Below are positions 9,658 to 20,835 of a stretch of DNA of 51,702 nt, in pieces. Origin of the DNA: Clostridia bacterium (GTDB taxonomy: Bacteria > Bacillota > Clostridia > TANB77 > CAG-508); NCBI GenBank assembly GCA_051891195.1, contig JBJFEZ010000020.1:1-51702 (forward strand). The letters run 5' to 3'. The notes below the pieces were generated by a model. That model saw only the letters and a program-made list of their open reading frames with translations, had not been told where the DNA came from and made no database searches. Made by a program: the position numbers and the translations under genes. Each line of letters begins with the position of its first letter. The stretch's first letter is position 1.

Positions 9658-11019
9658 ATGAAAAAAATAAGAAAAATAATTGGTTATATAATAATGATTA
9701 TAGCAATTATTGCTTTAATAGTTGTATATAAAAAATATAATTTTAATGACTTTGACAAAAGTGTAAGAGAGTCTAATAAAACTGTATTTACTAGAGATAG
9801 TAGTGTAAAATATTCTAAAATGGATAGTTACAAAATAGAAAACACAGATTATAATGATTCAATGTTTTCACAAACTATTTCTGTAATACCAAACACACCA
9901 TATAAAGTAACTTGTATGGTAAAGGTGGAAAATGTAGAAAATGAAAGTAATAGAACTGCTGGAGGAGCTCATATTAGTCTTGTAGAAACAGGAGAAACAT
10001 CAAAGATAGTAAATGGTACAACAGACTGGGAACAGCTAACTTTGATGTTTGACTCCAAAAATCAAACTAGCATTGAAATAGGCTTTAGATTGGGAGGAAG
10101 AGAAGAAACTTCTAAGGGAATTGCTTGGTTTTCGGATTTTAAGGTTGAAATAGGCTCTACATTTAATAATAGCAAATGGAATATGGCTTGTTTTATATTT
10201 CCAAAAATAGATGTAAATGTTGAAGTTGATGGAAAAACAGAAAATGTAAAATTAGAAATGTCTGACAGTGATATAAGAACAGTACAAACAAATCTATCAA
10301 GATTTAAAACTTCTATAAGTGAAGTAAGTAACAATAAAATGAGTATAGAATATGAAACATATATAATTAATGACCCTATTACAACTCTTTCTTACGATAA
10401 AGAAAATGGATATTACGTGTCAGCATCAGATGTATATAAATATATAAATTCATATGTAGAAGAAAAAGAATATGACCATATTTATGTGGCGTTTCGTATG
10501 GCAGATAAGCAAAAAGGAAATTCTGTATTAGTTAATGACTGGATTGGATTAGGTGGTATGGACTACTTAGGAATTGGTTTTTCAAATATACGTATGCCAG
10601 ATGATAGAAACAATGTGGTATATGAATATAATTATAGGATAAACACATTTCCAGAAGAGGTTTTTTTACACGAATTTTTACACACGTTAGAACGAAATGC
10701 AATGGAATATGGATATGAAAGACCTGAATTACACGACTATGCAAAATATGGATATAAAGAAGACAAAACAGAAGGCTTGAAGGAGTGGTATGCTGATTAT
10801 ATGAATAAACAGATAGAGTACAATGGAACAAAAATAGGCTTACCACAAGATATTTATATTCATAAGCCTGTGCATACAAGCAGTTTTAAATATTCAAGAG
10901 AATTAGATGTTCTTCAAGAACCTAAAAATATTATAGAAGTAATAAAAGGAATGTTTAGAAGAATAGGCAGAGTATTTGAATATAGTAAAAACAATATAGA
11001 ATTAGAAGAAACAAAATAG
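9658..11019 (+). CDS. Membrane-anchored protein with CBM4/9-like domain and HEXXH metallopeptidase-like domain
   Basis: N-terminal TM segment. [33 protein letters not shown] fits a carbohydrate-binding beta-sandwich. [10 protein letters not shown] zincin motif. Confidence 0.6.
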   Translation: MKKIRKIIGYIIMIIAIIALIVVYKKYNFNDFDKSVRESNKTVFTRDSSVKYSKMDSYKIENTDYNDSMFSQTISVIPNTPYKVTCMVKVENVENESNRTAGGAHISLVETGETSKIVNGTTDWEQLTLMFDSKNQTSIEIGFRLGGREETSKGIAWFSDFKVEIGSTFNNSKWNMACFIFPKIDVNVEVDGKTENVKLEMSDSDIRTVQTNLSRFKTSISEVSNNKMSIEYETYIINDPITTLSYDKENGYYVSASDVYKYINSYVEEKEYDHIYVAFRMADKQKGNSVLVNDWIGLGGMDYLGIGFSNIRMPDDRNNVVYEYNYRINTFPEEVFLHEFLHTLERNAMEYGYERPELHDYAKYGYKEDKTEGLKEWYADYMNKQIEYNGTKIGLPQDIYIHKPVHTSSFKYSRELDVLQEPKNIIEVIKGMFRRIGRVFEYSKNNIELEETK

Positions 11020-11039
11020 CAAAAAGGAGAAACTATAAA

Positions 11040-12065
11040 ATGAAGGTTTCAGACTTTAATTATGATTTACCAAAAGAGTTAATAGCACAAGTACCAATTA
11101 AAAATAGAGATGAATCTAGATTAATGATATTAGATAGAAACTTAAAAACAATAGAACACAAAGTTTTTAAAGATATTATAGATTATCTAGAGCCAGGAGA
11201 TTGTTTAGTAAGGAATAACACAAAAGTTATTCCTGCTCGTTTGTATGGCGTAAAAGAATTAACTGGTGCAAATGTAGAATTTTTATTACTAAAAAGAATA
11301 AGTGGAGATATTTGGGAGGTTATGGTAAGACCTGGCAAAAAGTTAATGCCTGGTGCAAAAGTAACCTTTGGAGATGGACTTTTAAATGCAGAAATTATAG
11401 AAAAATTAGATGGTGGAAACCGAAAAGTAAAATTTGAATATAACGGAATATTTAATGAAATTTTAAATGAAATAGGGCTAATGCCCCTTCCACCATATAT
11501 ACACGAAAAATTAAAAGAAAAAGACAGATACCAGACTATATATGCTAAATATGAGGGGTCTGCGGCTGCACCAACAGCAGGTTTACACTTTACAGAAGAC
11601 TTATTTGAAAAGTTAAAACAAAAAGGTGTAGAAGTCGCAAATGTTACGTTACACGTAGGAATAGGAACTTTTAGACCTGTAAAAGTAGAAAATATAGAAG
11701 AGCATAATATGCACTCAGAACACTTTTATATAAAACACGAGGATGCAGAAAAAATAAATAAAGCAAAAAGAGAAGGCCATAGAGTTATAGCTGTAGGAAC
11801 AACATCTTGCAGGGTATTAGAAAGCATTGCTGATGAAAATGGTATGGTAAAAGAAAAAGAGGGAGACACTAGTATTTTTATTTATCCAGGTTATAAATTT
11901 AAATGCTTAGATGCATTAATTACTAATTTTCACTTACCAGAATCTACATTAATAATGTTAGTATCTGCATTAGCAGGAAAAGACTTTATAATGGAAGCAT
12001 ATAACGAAGCAGTTAAAGAAAAATACCGCTTTTTTAGCTTTGGAGATGCAATGTTTATAAAGTAG
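11040..12065 (+). CDS. queA: S-adenosylmethionine:tRNA ribosyltransferase-isomerase
   Basis: [38 protein letters not shown]. Confidence 0.98.
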   Translation: MKVSDFNYDLPKELIAQVPIKNRDESRLMILDRNLKTIEHKVFKDIIDYLEPGDCLVRNNTKVIPARLYGVKELTGANVEFLLLKRISGDIWEVMVRPGKKLMPGAKVTFGDGLLNAEIIEKLDGGNRKVKFEYNGIFNEILNEIGLMPLPPYIHEKLKEKDRYQTIYAKYEGSAAAPTAGLHFTEDLFEKLKQKGVEVANVTLHVGIGTFRPVKVENIEEHNMHSEHFYIKHEDAEKINKAKREGHRVIAVGTTSCRVLESIADENGMVKEKEGDTSIFIYPGYKFKCLDALITNFHLPESTLIMLVSALAGKDFIMEAYNEAVKEKYRFFSFGDAMFIK

Positions 12066-13205
<1,140 letters not shown>

Positions 13206-13231
13206 TTAACAAAAGAAAATGGAGGGTGTTT

Positions 13232-14821
13232 ATGGACGATTTTATTGGTAGCGGAGGATATAATAGTAACCGTAAAAGTGAAGATGTAAATACAAAAAAA
13301 TGGATGAAAATTATAGGAGTTATACTAGTACTATTATTTATACTAGTTATTGCCATAGTATGTTTAATGTACTATATTGAAGCAACAGAACTAAAAATTT
13401 CAATAGACGGAAAATCTGTAAGTGAATTAAAAAATGTATTTATTTTTGAAAATGACAAAATATATATTCCAATTCGTAAATTTGCTAACTATGTTGGCTA
13501 TGAATCATATAGTGGAGATTACAAAGAGGAATATATTGACCAAACATATGTAAAAAATACCAATGAAGAAGCATACTTCAACTTGAATTCTAACACAATA
13601 TACAAAAAACTACTTAATGGTGACAATGATTATGAATACTATGAAATAGATGAACCTGTTAAAATGATTGACAATCAATTATGTACAACAATAGAAGGTG
13701 CACAAATAGCTTTTAATATATCAATGTCACATAAAAAAAATAATATTACTATATATACATTACCATATTTAGTTAATTACTATGCAGCAAAAAATAAAAA
13801 TGCTGCAATATCAGACAAAGATACAAGCTTTAGTAATCAAAAAGCAGTACTACACAATATGATTATAGTAAAAAATACAAGCAACTATTATGGAGTATCT
13901 TCGCTAAGTGGTCAAGAAATATTAGGAACAAAATATAAAAGTATTAAATTTATTGAAAGTACTAGAGAATTTATTGTAACAACAGTAGAAAATAAAATGG
14001 GAATAATGTCTTATGACCCCAATACATATCAAGCAATTACTAAAATTATTCCAGAATATGACAACATTAAACAAATAGATAAAAATAGTGGACTATATTT
14101 AGTAACAAACAATAAAAAACAAGGTGTTATTAATCAAAATGGAAGTGTTATAGTTTATTTAGAATATGACCAAATAGGAATAGATAAATCAAAATATAAT
14201 GATATTAAAAACACATATTTACTATATGACAAATGTATACCAGTAAAACTTAACAATAAATGGGGATTAATTGATAAAACAGGAAAGAAAATTTTAGAAG
14301 TAAAGTATGATGACTTAGGCTGTACAATAAATGCGGGAACAGTAAGTGAAAACAATGCCAATAGTGTTTTATTAATACCAAAATATGAAGGTATTGTTGT
14401 TAAAGAAGGAGAAAGCTATGGTTTAGTTAACAGCGAAGGAGTAGTGTACTTACCATCAGTTTTAACAGCAGTATACTCTACAACAACTGAGGGGGTAACA
14501 ACATATAATTATATTTATATGGGACAAACAAATAATATAATAGAATATCTTGAAAAATATGTAATAAAAAATGATAATAATGCTACAAACAATCAAGAAG
14601 GCACAACAAACAATACAACTACAAATACACAAACAAATAGCACAACTAATACAACAACAGATAATCAAACTAATAATAGTGTAGAAACAAGTAGTAATGT
14701 AGTAGAAAATTCTCAAAATACACAAACTCAAACTAACAGCCAAGAGCAAAATAGTCAAGAAACAAATCAAAATAACCAAACAACAACACAAAATACAGAA
14801 AGTCAAAACAATGCAGTATAA
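13232..14821 (+). CDS. Membrane-anchored WG-repeat protein with N/T/Q-rich low-complexity tail
   Basis: One TM segment; repeats such as KQGVINQNG..YD and KWGLIDKTG..YD. ATG 13232 chosen from GGAGG spacing. Confidence 0.7.
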   Translation: MDDFIGSGGYNSNRKSEDVNTKKWMKIIGVILVLLFILVIAIVCLMYYIEATELKISIDGKSVSELKNVFIFENDKIYIPIRKFANYVGYESYSGDYKEEYIDQTYVKNTNEEAYFNLNSNTIYKKLLNGDNDYEYYEIDEPVKMIDNQLCTTIEGAQIAFNISMSHKKNNITIYTLPYLVNYYAAKNKNAAISDKDTSFSNQKAVLHNMIIVKNTSNYYGVSSLSGQEILGTKYKSIKFIESTREFIVTTVENKMGIMSYDPNTYQAITKIIPEYDNIKQIDKNSGLYLVTNNKKQGVINQNGSVIVYLEYDQIGIDKSKYNDIKNTYLLYDKCIPVKLNNKWGLIDKTGKKILEVKYDDLGCTINAGTVSENNANSVLLIPKYEGIVVKEGESYGLVNSEGVVYLPSVLTAVYSTTTEGVTTYNYIYMGQTNNIIEYLEKYVIKNDNNATNNQEGTTNNTTTNTQTNSTTNTTTDNQTNNSVETSSNVVENSQNTQTQTNSQEQNSQETNQNNQTTTQNTESQNNAV

Positions 14822-14830
14822 CATTAAATA

Positions 14831-14870
14831 ATAAGACAGAGCTTCTTTAAGTTCTGTCTTATACTTTTAT
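14831..14870 (+). terminator. Intrinsic terminator
   Basis: ATAAGACAGAGCTT-CTTT-AAGTTCTGTCTTAT followed by a T-rich run. Confidence 0.7.
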
Positions 14871-14886
14871 TTTCTGTTCATATTCA

Positions 14887-15046
14887 TAGACAGTTAGTCT
14901 ATTAGTTTATTCGCATAACATTCCTACGTAAGAAATAGTAAGCCAATTTTACGCAGTTCTATTACAGTGTAAAATTGGCTAACTCTTTCTAACTCGTCAT
15001 TCTTCGAACCACTTGTATGCTCTTAAACTAATAGACTAACTGTCTA
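14887..15046. repeat. Palindromic dispersed repeat, copy 1
   Basis: Perfect 23-bp terminal inverted repeats (14887-14909 and 15024-15046) around a core nearly identical to copy 2. Confidence 0.9.
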
Positions 15047-15125
15047 AATTTTAAAAACAAATAAAAGCAAAATTTTGGTTCTTAAATAATTAGTAAGTAC
15101 ATACAATAAAAATAACAAGAAAGGA

Positions 15126-15554
15126 ATGAAATTTAGTATGGAAAAGGATTTAAAACCAAAAGTAACTATAGAGCAAAGTGAATTTAAACAAAATACAATT
15201 AGAATAATAAAAGGAAGTATATTAGCAATTTTAATTTCTGTAATTTTACTATTTATATATGCCACTATTTTAACATATACCGATATTCAAGAAACAACAA
15301 TACTACCAGTGATTTTAACTGTTGTAGGAATAAGTATTTTAACAGGAAGTATGATAAGTGTAAGAAAAATTAGAAAAAATGGTATGTTAAATGGAGCAAT
15401 AGTAGGATTAATATATATTATTATTTTATATTTATCATCAAGTATGTGCTTAGTAGGTTTTTCGCTTACTTTAAACTCCTTTGTAATGTTAATTGTTGGA
15501 ATAATAACAGGAATTATAGGTGGAATTATAGGAGTTAATATAAATAGAAAATAA
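15126..15554 (+). CDS. TIGR04086-type four-TM membrane protein
   Basis: Four hydrophobic segments, KNGMLNGAIVG and GIIGGIIG; usual position downstream of tgt in Clostridia. Confidence 0.75.
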   Translation: MKFSMEKDLKPKVTIEQSEFKQNTIRIIKGSILAILISVILLFIYATILTYTDIQETTILPVILTVVGISILTGSMISVRKIRKNGMLNGAIVGLIYIIILYLSSSMCLVGFSLTLNSFVMLIVGIITGIIGGIIGVNINRK

Positions 15555-15683
15555 AAAAGGCATAAAAAGTCGGAAAATAGCAATGAATTTTCAGAACAAA
15601 TTCTGTAAAATAGTTGCTATTTTTTTAATTTTAATATAAAATATGAAACGATACAAACTATTTATAATATAGGAGGAAAAAAG

Positions 15684-16343
15684 TTGATTACTTTAGAAGA
15701 TGTTAAACAAAACGAAGAGCTAAAGCAATTAATATTAAGTTCGCAAAAACAGTTAAACGCTTTAGGCTATACAGAACATTCAACAAGACATATTAACATA
15801 GTAGCTAAACGTGCAGGGGACCTTTTAGAAATTTTAGACTATCCACAAGAAAGAATAGAACTGGCTAGAATAGCAGGATATATGCACGACATAGGAAACT
15901 GTGTTAATAGAACAGATCACGCTCATACAGGAGCACTACTTGCTTATGAAATTTTAAAAGATATGGGAATGGACGTAGAAAAAAGAACTGAAATAATGAT
16001 GGCAATAGGAAATCACGACGAGCAAACAGGAACGGCGGTAAGTGATATTTCTGCAGCACTTATTTTAGCGGACAAGTCAGATGCTCATAGAGATAGAGTT
16101 GTAAACCACAACATATCAACCTTTGACAAACACGATAAAGTAAATTATGCAGTTACCGATTCAAAATTTTTAATTGATAAAGAAAATAGAAAAGTAACAC
16201 TGGACTTAACAATAGACACATCAATATCACCTGTATTAGATTATTTTGAAATATTTATGGATAGAACTATGATGAGCAAATATGCAGCAAAATATTTAGA
16301 AATTTGGTTTGAGTTAATTATTAATGATACTAGATTATTATAA
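15684..16343 (+). CDS. HD-domain phosphohydrolase
   Basis: EHSTRH, YMHDIG, LILADKSD; AGGAGG RBS with TTG start. Confidence 0.85.
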   Translation: MITLEDVKQNEELKQLILSSQKQLNALGYTEHSTRHINIVAKRAGDLLEILDYPQERIELARIAGYMHDIGNCVNRTDHAHTGALLAYEILKDMGMDVEKRTEIMMAIGNHDEQTGTAVSDISAALILADKSDAHRDRVVNHNISTFDKHDKVNYAVTDSKFLIDKENRKVTLDLTIDTSISPVLDYFEIFMDRTMMSKYAAKYLEIWFELIINDTRLL

Positions 16344-16355
16344 AAGGAGAAAAAT

Positions 16356-17675
16356 ATGAAAACAGAAAAAACACTAAAAAAAGTATTAATAATTTTATTT
16401 ATTATTTTAATTTCACTAATTTCGTTTGGGGGAATCTTTGTACAAGATACAAAATTTGTAAAAAATATAATACCAGAGTATCAACTAGGAACAGACTTAA
16501 CAGGAAGTACAATAGTGGAATTTAAAGTTAATGATGCTACAAATACTGTTATTTATGACAAAGAAGGAAATGTTGTAGATGAAGAAGGGGAAGAAACTGT
16601 AGAAAAAGAAGAACCAATTAACCCTGAAGAAATACTAACAGAAGAAAATTATTTATTAACAAAGCAAATATTTGAAAAAAGACTAAAATCTATGAGTGTT
16701 ACAGATTATACTCTTAGATTTGATGAAAAAAGTGGAAAAGCAGTATTACAATTACCAGCAAATTCAGATACAAGCTTAATAGCTCAATATACTGCAATAA
16801 AGGGAGAATTTACGGTTGTAAATGAAGATAATGAAATATTACTAAATAACAGTCATTTAAAAAAAGCACAAGTAGGATATACAAATACTGAATCAGGAAC
16901 AGTAATATACTTAAATATTCAATTTAACAAAGAAGGTACACAAATACTAAAAGATATTACTAATACTTATATAAAAACTACAGATGAAGAAGGAAATGAA
17001 CAAACCAAAAAAGTTACATTTAAAATGGATGATACCACTATTTTAACAACGTATTTTGAAGAAGAAATTGCAAATGGAACTGTTCAATTTTCAATGGGAG
17101 CAACTACTTCAAATAAAGAACTAAATGAATATATTAGAGAAACTTCAAACTTAGCCATGCTATTAAATACAGGAAATTTACCTATATCATACACTATCGA
17201 AGATATGTATTATATGATGTCAGACATTACTGAAGAGATGTTTTTAATTCCAACAATAATAGTAGGAGCGCTAATAATAATTGGCATTATTTTCTTAATT
17301 GTAAAATATAAGAAGAATGGACTTTTAGCATCCGTTTGTTTTATAGGATATATTGCTGCGTTATTATTAATACTTCGTTATACAAATGTTGTTATAAATT
17401 TAACTGGAATTGCAGGAATAATAGTATCTATATTATTAAATTATGTTTTTACAGTTTATTTGTTAAACTCATATAAAAAAGAAGAAAGTAAAATATTAGT
17501 ACAAGCATTATTTGTATTAATTCCAGCAACAATTATATCTGTTATATTAAGCTTTGCTAAATGGCTAAATATATATAGTTTTGGAATGGTAACATTCTGG
17601 GGAATATTAATAGCAATAATATATAATTTTATTATTACAAAAAATTTAATTGAATTAAGTAACAAAAATAACTAA
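16356..17675 (+). CDS. secD: Divergent SecD-like protein
   Basis: LGTDLTGS (compare LGLDLxGG), large extracytoplasmic domain, LNTGNLP, LTGIAGII and a C-terminal TM bundle. Confidence 0.75.
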   Translation: MKTEKTLKKVLIILFIILISLISFGGIFVQDTKFVKNIIPEYQLGTDLTGSTIVEFKVNDATNTVIYDKEGNVVDEEGEETVEKEEPINPEEILTEENYLLTKQIFEKRLKSMSVTDYTLRFDEKSGKAVLQLPANSDTSLIAQYTAIKGEFTVVNEDNEILLNNSHLKKAQVGYTNTESGTVIYLNIQFNKEGTQILKDITNTYIKTTDEEGNEQTKKVTFKMDDTTILTTYFEEEIANGTVQFSMGATTSNKELNEYIRETSNLAMLLNTGNLPISYTIEDMYYMMSDITEEMFLIPTIIVGALIIIGIIFLIVKYKKNGLLASVCFIGYIAALLLILRYTNVVINLTGIAGIIVSILLNYVFTVYLLNSYKKEESKILVQALFVLIPATIISVILSFAKWLNIYSFGMVTFWGILIAIIYNFIITKNLIELSNKNN

Positions 17676-17690
17676 AAAGAGGTAGAAACA

Positions 17691-18347
17691 ATGAAAAAAT
17701 GTATGTATGTAATATTAATAATAATTACTATAATAGGAGCAATTATTATAGGAATTAATGGATTTAATGTAGATATAACATATGGAAAAAATGCGAGAAT
17801 AGATATCTTCTTGGGCAAAGAATTTAATAATGAAGACATAAAACAAATAGCACAAGAGGTATTTGAAACTAATGATGTATTAGTACAAAAAATAGAATAC
17901 TATGGTAACATTGCTGCAATTACAATTAAAGAACAAGATGAAGAAACCATAAATGAAAAACTAGAAACTATAAATGCTAAAATTAATGAAAAATATGGAT
18001 TAGAAGGCAAAGTAGAAGACATAAAAGTAACACATTATCCTAATGCTAAACTTTCAAGTATATTAAATCCATATATATGGCCTATAGCTATTAGTGCAAT
18101 TATAATATTAATATATGCATTGATACGTTACAGAAAATTAAACTTTACAAAAGTAGCTTTGGAGTATATACTTAACATAGCACTAACTGAAGGGGCATAT
18201 GTAGGAATTATTGCAATTACTAGAGTACCAATAAACAAAATTGTAATTCCTATAGCATTATTAATTTATGTATTTACGGTTACAATTACAACAGTATTAA
18301 AAGAAAAAGAATTATCAGAATTAAAACTTAAACAGGAAAAAAAATAA
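17691..18347 (+). CDS. secF: Divergent, shortened SecF-like protein
   Basis: GFNVDITYG (compare GxDFTGG) and IYALIRYR; follows secD; only 218 aa. Confidence 0.7.
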   Translation: MKKCMYVILIIITIIGAIIIGINGFNVDITYGKNARIDIFLGKEFNNEDIKQIAQEVFETNDVLVQKIEYYGNIAAITIKEQDEETINEKLETINAKINEKYGLEGKVEDIKVTHYPNAKLSSILNPYIWPIAISAIIILIYALIRYRKLNFTKVALEYILNIALTEGAYVGIIAITRVPINKIVIPIALLIYVFTVTITTVLKEKELSELKLKQEKK

Positions 18348-18367
18348 CATAAACCAAAAAACGACAG

Positions 18368-18399
18368 TATTCATACTATATAGTATGAATATTTTTTTT
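18368..18399 (+). terminator. Perfect 24-bp palindrome plus T8, likely terminator
   Basis: TATTCATACTATATAGTATGAATA followed by TTTTTTTT. Confidence 0.55.
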
Positions 18400-18441
18400 G
18401 TGTATAAGAAAAAATATATAAAAGAAAGAGAGTGAAACAAA

Positions 18442-18768
18442 ATGTTAAAAACCATAAAAAAATTTTTAAGTCGAAGTATCAATAAGGACATTAACTATAA
18501 AACAGCAACTAAACTTTTAAAAGAAAATGATGGAGTTTTGCTAGATGTTAGAAGTAAACAAGAATATGAAGAAATACACTTACCCGGAGCTATTAACATT
18601 TCACTATATAATTTAAAAGGAGAAGCAATAAAAAAATTACCAGACAAAAATAAAATTATTGTAGTATATTGTGCATCAGGAAGTCGTAGTAAACAAGCAC
18701 AAAACATATTAGAACAAATGAATTATCAAAATGTATATAATTTAAAAAATGGAATTAACGCAATATAA
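18442..18768 (+). CDS. Rhodanese-like domain protein
   Basis: LLDVRS..EY...HLPGAINI, VYCASGSRS. Confidence 0.92.
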   Translation: MLKTIKKFLSRSINKDINYKTATKLLKENDGVLLDVRSKQEYEEIHLPGAINISLYNLKGEAIKKLPDKNKIIVVYCASGSRSKQAQNILEQMNYQNVYNLKNGINAI

Positions 18769-18887
18769 AATTTTATATTGTTATTTATTTGGAACATGCT
18801 ACCAATTAAAGGTATTTAGAATAAAATATGTATATCTAAAACATTTTGGCAGATAATATTTATTATGGAAGGAGAAACTAAATAAAA

Positions 18888-19745
18888 ATGAAATCATTTT
18901 GTATAAAAACAAATAACACTAAAATACTAAATTATCTGCTAAACCAAATAGAAAAAATTGATTTTAAAGATCTTATATATACAAAAAATAAATTTAAAAT
19001 ATATAATAATATTATTATTCATTATAAAGGAGAAGACAATAAAAATTTTTATTATTTTTTATGTGATTTAATAAAAAAAATTATAACTGAGTTTTATGAA
19101 GAAAAAATAATAAAACAACTTATTAATTATAATTACTTTTATTTTGAAGACCATGAAAAAAGAATTATATTGCAGAACTGCCTAAAAATTATAAAATTAG
19201 ATGAGAATAAAGAAAGAGAGAAAATAAATATTTTAATATCAAAAGAAATAATAAAATATATAATGGAAAACAAAACAATGAATTTGAACGGATTTATATA
19301 TTTTAGAATAAAAGAATATTTTAATTATTTAGATAATAACGTAGACAGGGCAGTAAGCCAATTTGTTATAGAAAAGGAATATTCCGAATTTATCAGTTTA
19401 TTACGCATATATGTAGAAACTAGGAGTACAGAATATGATTTATTACATTTAATATATATAAATGGAGAATCTATTTTAATAGACAAAAACAAAAATATAG
19501 TTTCAGTTTCAGAAAATATATATAATGCAAAATACTTGTCAGATATATCTTTTTCTTCTAATGACTTAGCTTTAAACACTTTATTAACATTACTACCTAA
19601 AAAAATAGAAATACACTTAATTGATGAAGAAGACGAATTTATAAATACTATAAAACTAATATTTGAAGGTAGAGTTTCACTTTGCAAAGATTGCAATATA
19701 TGCAGAACTTATAAACTTCTAAATAGTGCAAAAAGCATACATTAA
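18888..19745 (+). CDS. ytxC: YtxC-like putative sporulation protein
   Basis: GFIYFRIKEY, EKEYSEFISLLRIYV, TIKLIFEGRV..C. Confidence 0.8.
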   Translation: MKSFCIKTNNTKILNYLLNQIEKIDFKDLIYTKNKFKIYNNIIIHYKGEDNKNFYYFLCDLIKKIITEFYEEKIIKQLINYNYFYFEDHEKRIILQNCLKIIKLDENKEREKINILISKEIIKYIMENKTMNLNGFIYFRIKEYFNYLDNNVDRAVSQFVIEKEYSEFISLLRIYVETRSTEYDLLHLIYINGESILIDKNKNIVSVSENIYNAKYLSDISFSSNDLALNTLLTLLPKKIEIHLIDEEDEFINTIKLIFEGRVSLCKDCNICRTYKLLNSAKSIH

Positions 19746-19791
19746 CTATTTACTAAATAAAAAAAATGTGGTATAACTATGGTATAAAGGT

Positions 19792-20775
19792 ATGGAGGTT
19801 AGTATGGAACAAGATAACAAAAAATTAATTACTATATTAGTGCCAGCATATAACGAAGAAGAAGTTTTAGAACTACTATATGAAAGATTAAAAAAAATAA
19901 TGGACGAAAACCCTAACTATAATTTTGAAGTTTTACTTGTAAACGATGGTAGCAAAGATAAAACATTACAAATTATGCAAGAATTAAGGCAAAAAGATAA
20001 AAGAATATGTTATTTAAATTTATCTAGAAATTTTGGTAAAGAAACAGCAATGATAGCAGGTTTAGATTATTGCAAAGGAGATGCAGTTGTTATTATTGAT
20101 GCAGATTTACAAGACCCACCAGAGCTAATACCTGAAATGATAAAATATTGGGAAGAAGGCTATGATGACGTTTATGCCAAAAGAAAAACAAGAGAAGGAG
20201 AAACATGGCTTAAAAAATTTACCTCTAAAATGTATTACAAAGTATTGCAAGCATTTACTAGAATTGAAATTCAAAAAGATACAGGAGATTTTAGACTATT
20301 AGACAGAAGATGTGTAGAAGCTTTAAAATCTATGAGAGAAAACCAAAGATACACCAAAGGACTATTTAGTTTAATTGGATATAACAAAAAAGAAATTTTA
20401 TATGATAGAGATCCTAGAGCAGCAGGTCAAACTAAATGGAATTATGGTAAATTAATAAATTTATCTATAGATGGAATTACATCATTTACAACATCACCTT
20501 TAAGATGGGCTGCAATTATTGGCGTATTAATATCTATAATAGGATTTATTTATATGTTATATATTATAATTAAAACACTAGTAACAGGAATAGACGTACC
20601 AGGGTATGCATCAATGATGGTGGTTATATTATTCTTGGGGGGAATACAATTAATATTCTTAGGAATAATAGGAGAATATCTTGGACGTGCTTTTAACGAA
20701 AGTAAACATAGACCATTATACTTTGTTGAAAGATACAATGAAACAAAAGAAACAAACGAGAATTTGAACAAGTAA
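19792..20775 (+). CDS. GT2 polyprenol-phosphate glycosyltransferase (GtrB/YkoT-like)
   Basis: VPAYNEE, VNDGSKD, SRNFGKE, DADLQDPP, GDFRL and two C-terminal TMs. Start may be ATG 19803. Confidence 0.92.
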   Translation: MEVSMEQDNKKLITILVPAYNEEEVLELLYERLKKIMDENPNYNFEVLLVNDGSKDKTLQIMQELRQKDKRICYLNLSRNFGKETAMIAGLDYCKGDAVVIIDADLQDPPELIPEMIKYWEEGYDDVYAKRKTREGETWLKKFTSKMYYKVLQAFTRIEIQKDTGDFRLLDRRCVEALKSMRENQRYTKGLFSLIGYNKKEILYDRDPRAAGQTKWNYGKLINLSIDGITSFTTSPLRWAAIIGVLISIIGFIYMLYIIIKTLVTGIDVPGYASMMVVILFLGGIQLIFLGIIGEYLGRAFNESKHRPLYFVERYNETKETNENLNK

Positions 20776-20780
20776 GAAAG

Positions 20781-20835
20781 AAAAAAACTGTTCTAAATTT
20801 CAAGCTTTTCTTGAGATTTAGAACAGTACTTTTTT
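20781..20835. terminator. Bidirectional terminator
   Basis: ACTGTTCTAAATTTCAAG-CTTTT-CTTGAGATTTAGAACAGT flanked by A and T runs between convergent genes. Confidence 0.8.

Noticed and set aside
14570-14821. ACA/AAT-rich tract as a tandem repeat or second TR
   Set aside because: It is the in-frame N/T/Q-rich low-complexity tail of the WG-repeat protein, with no matching partner sequence.
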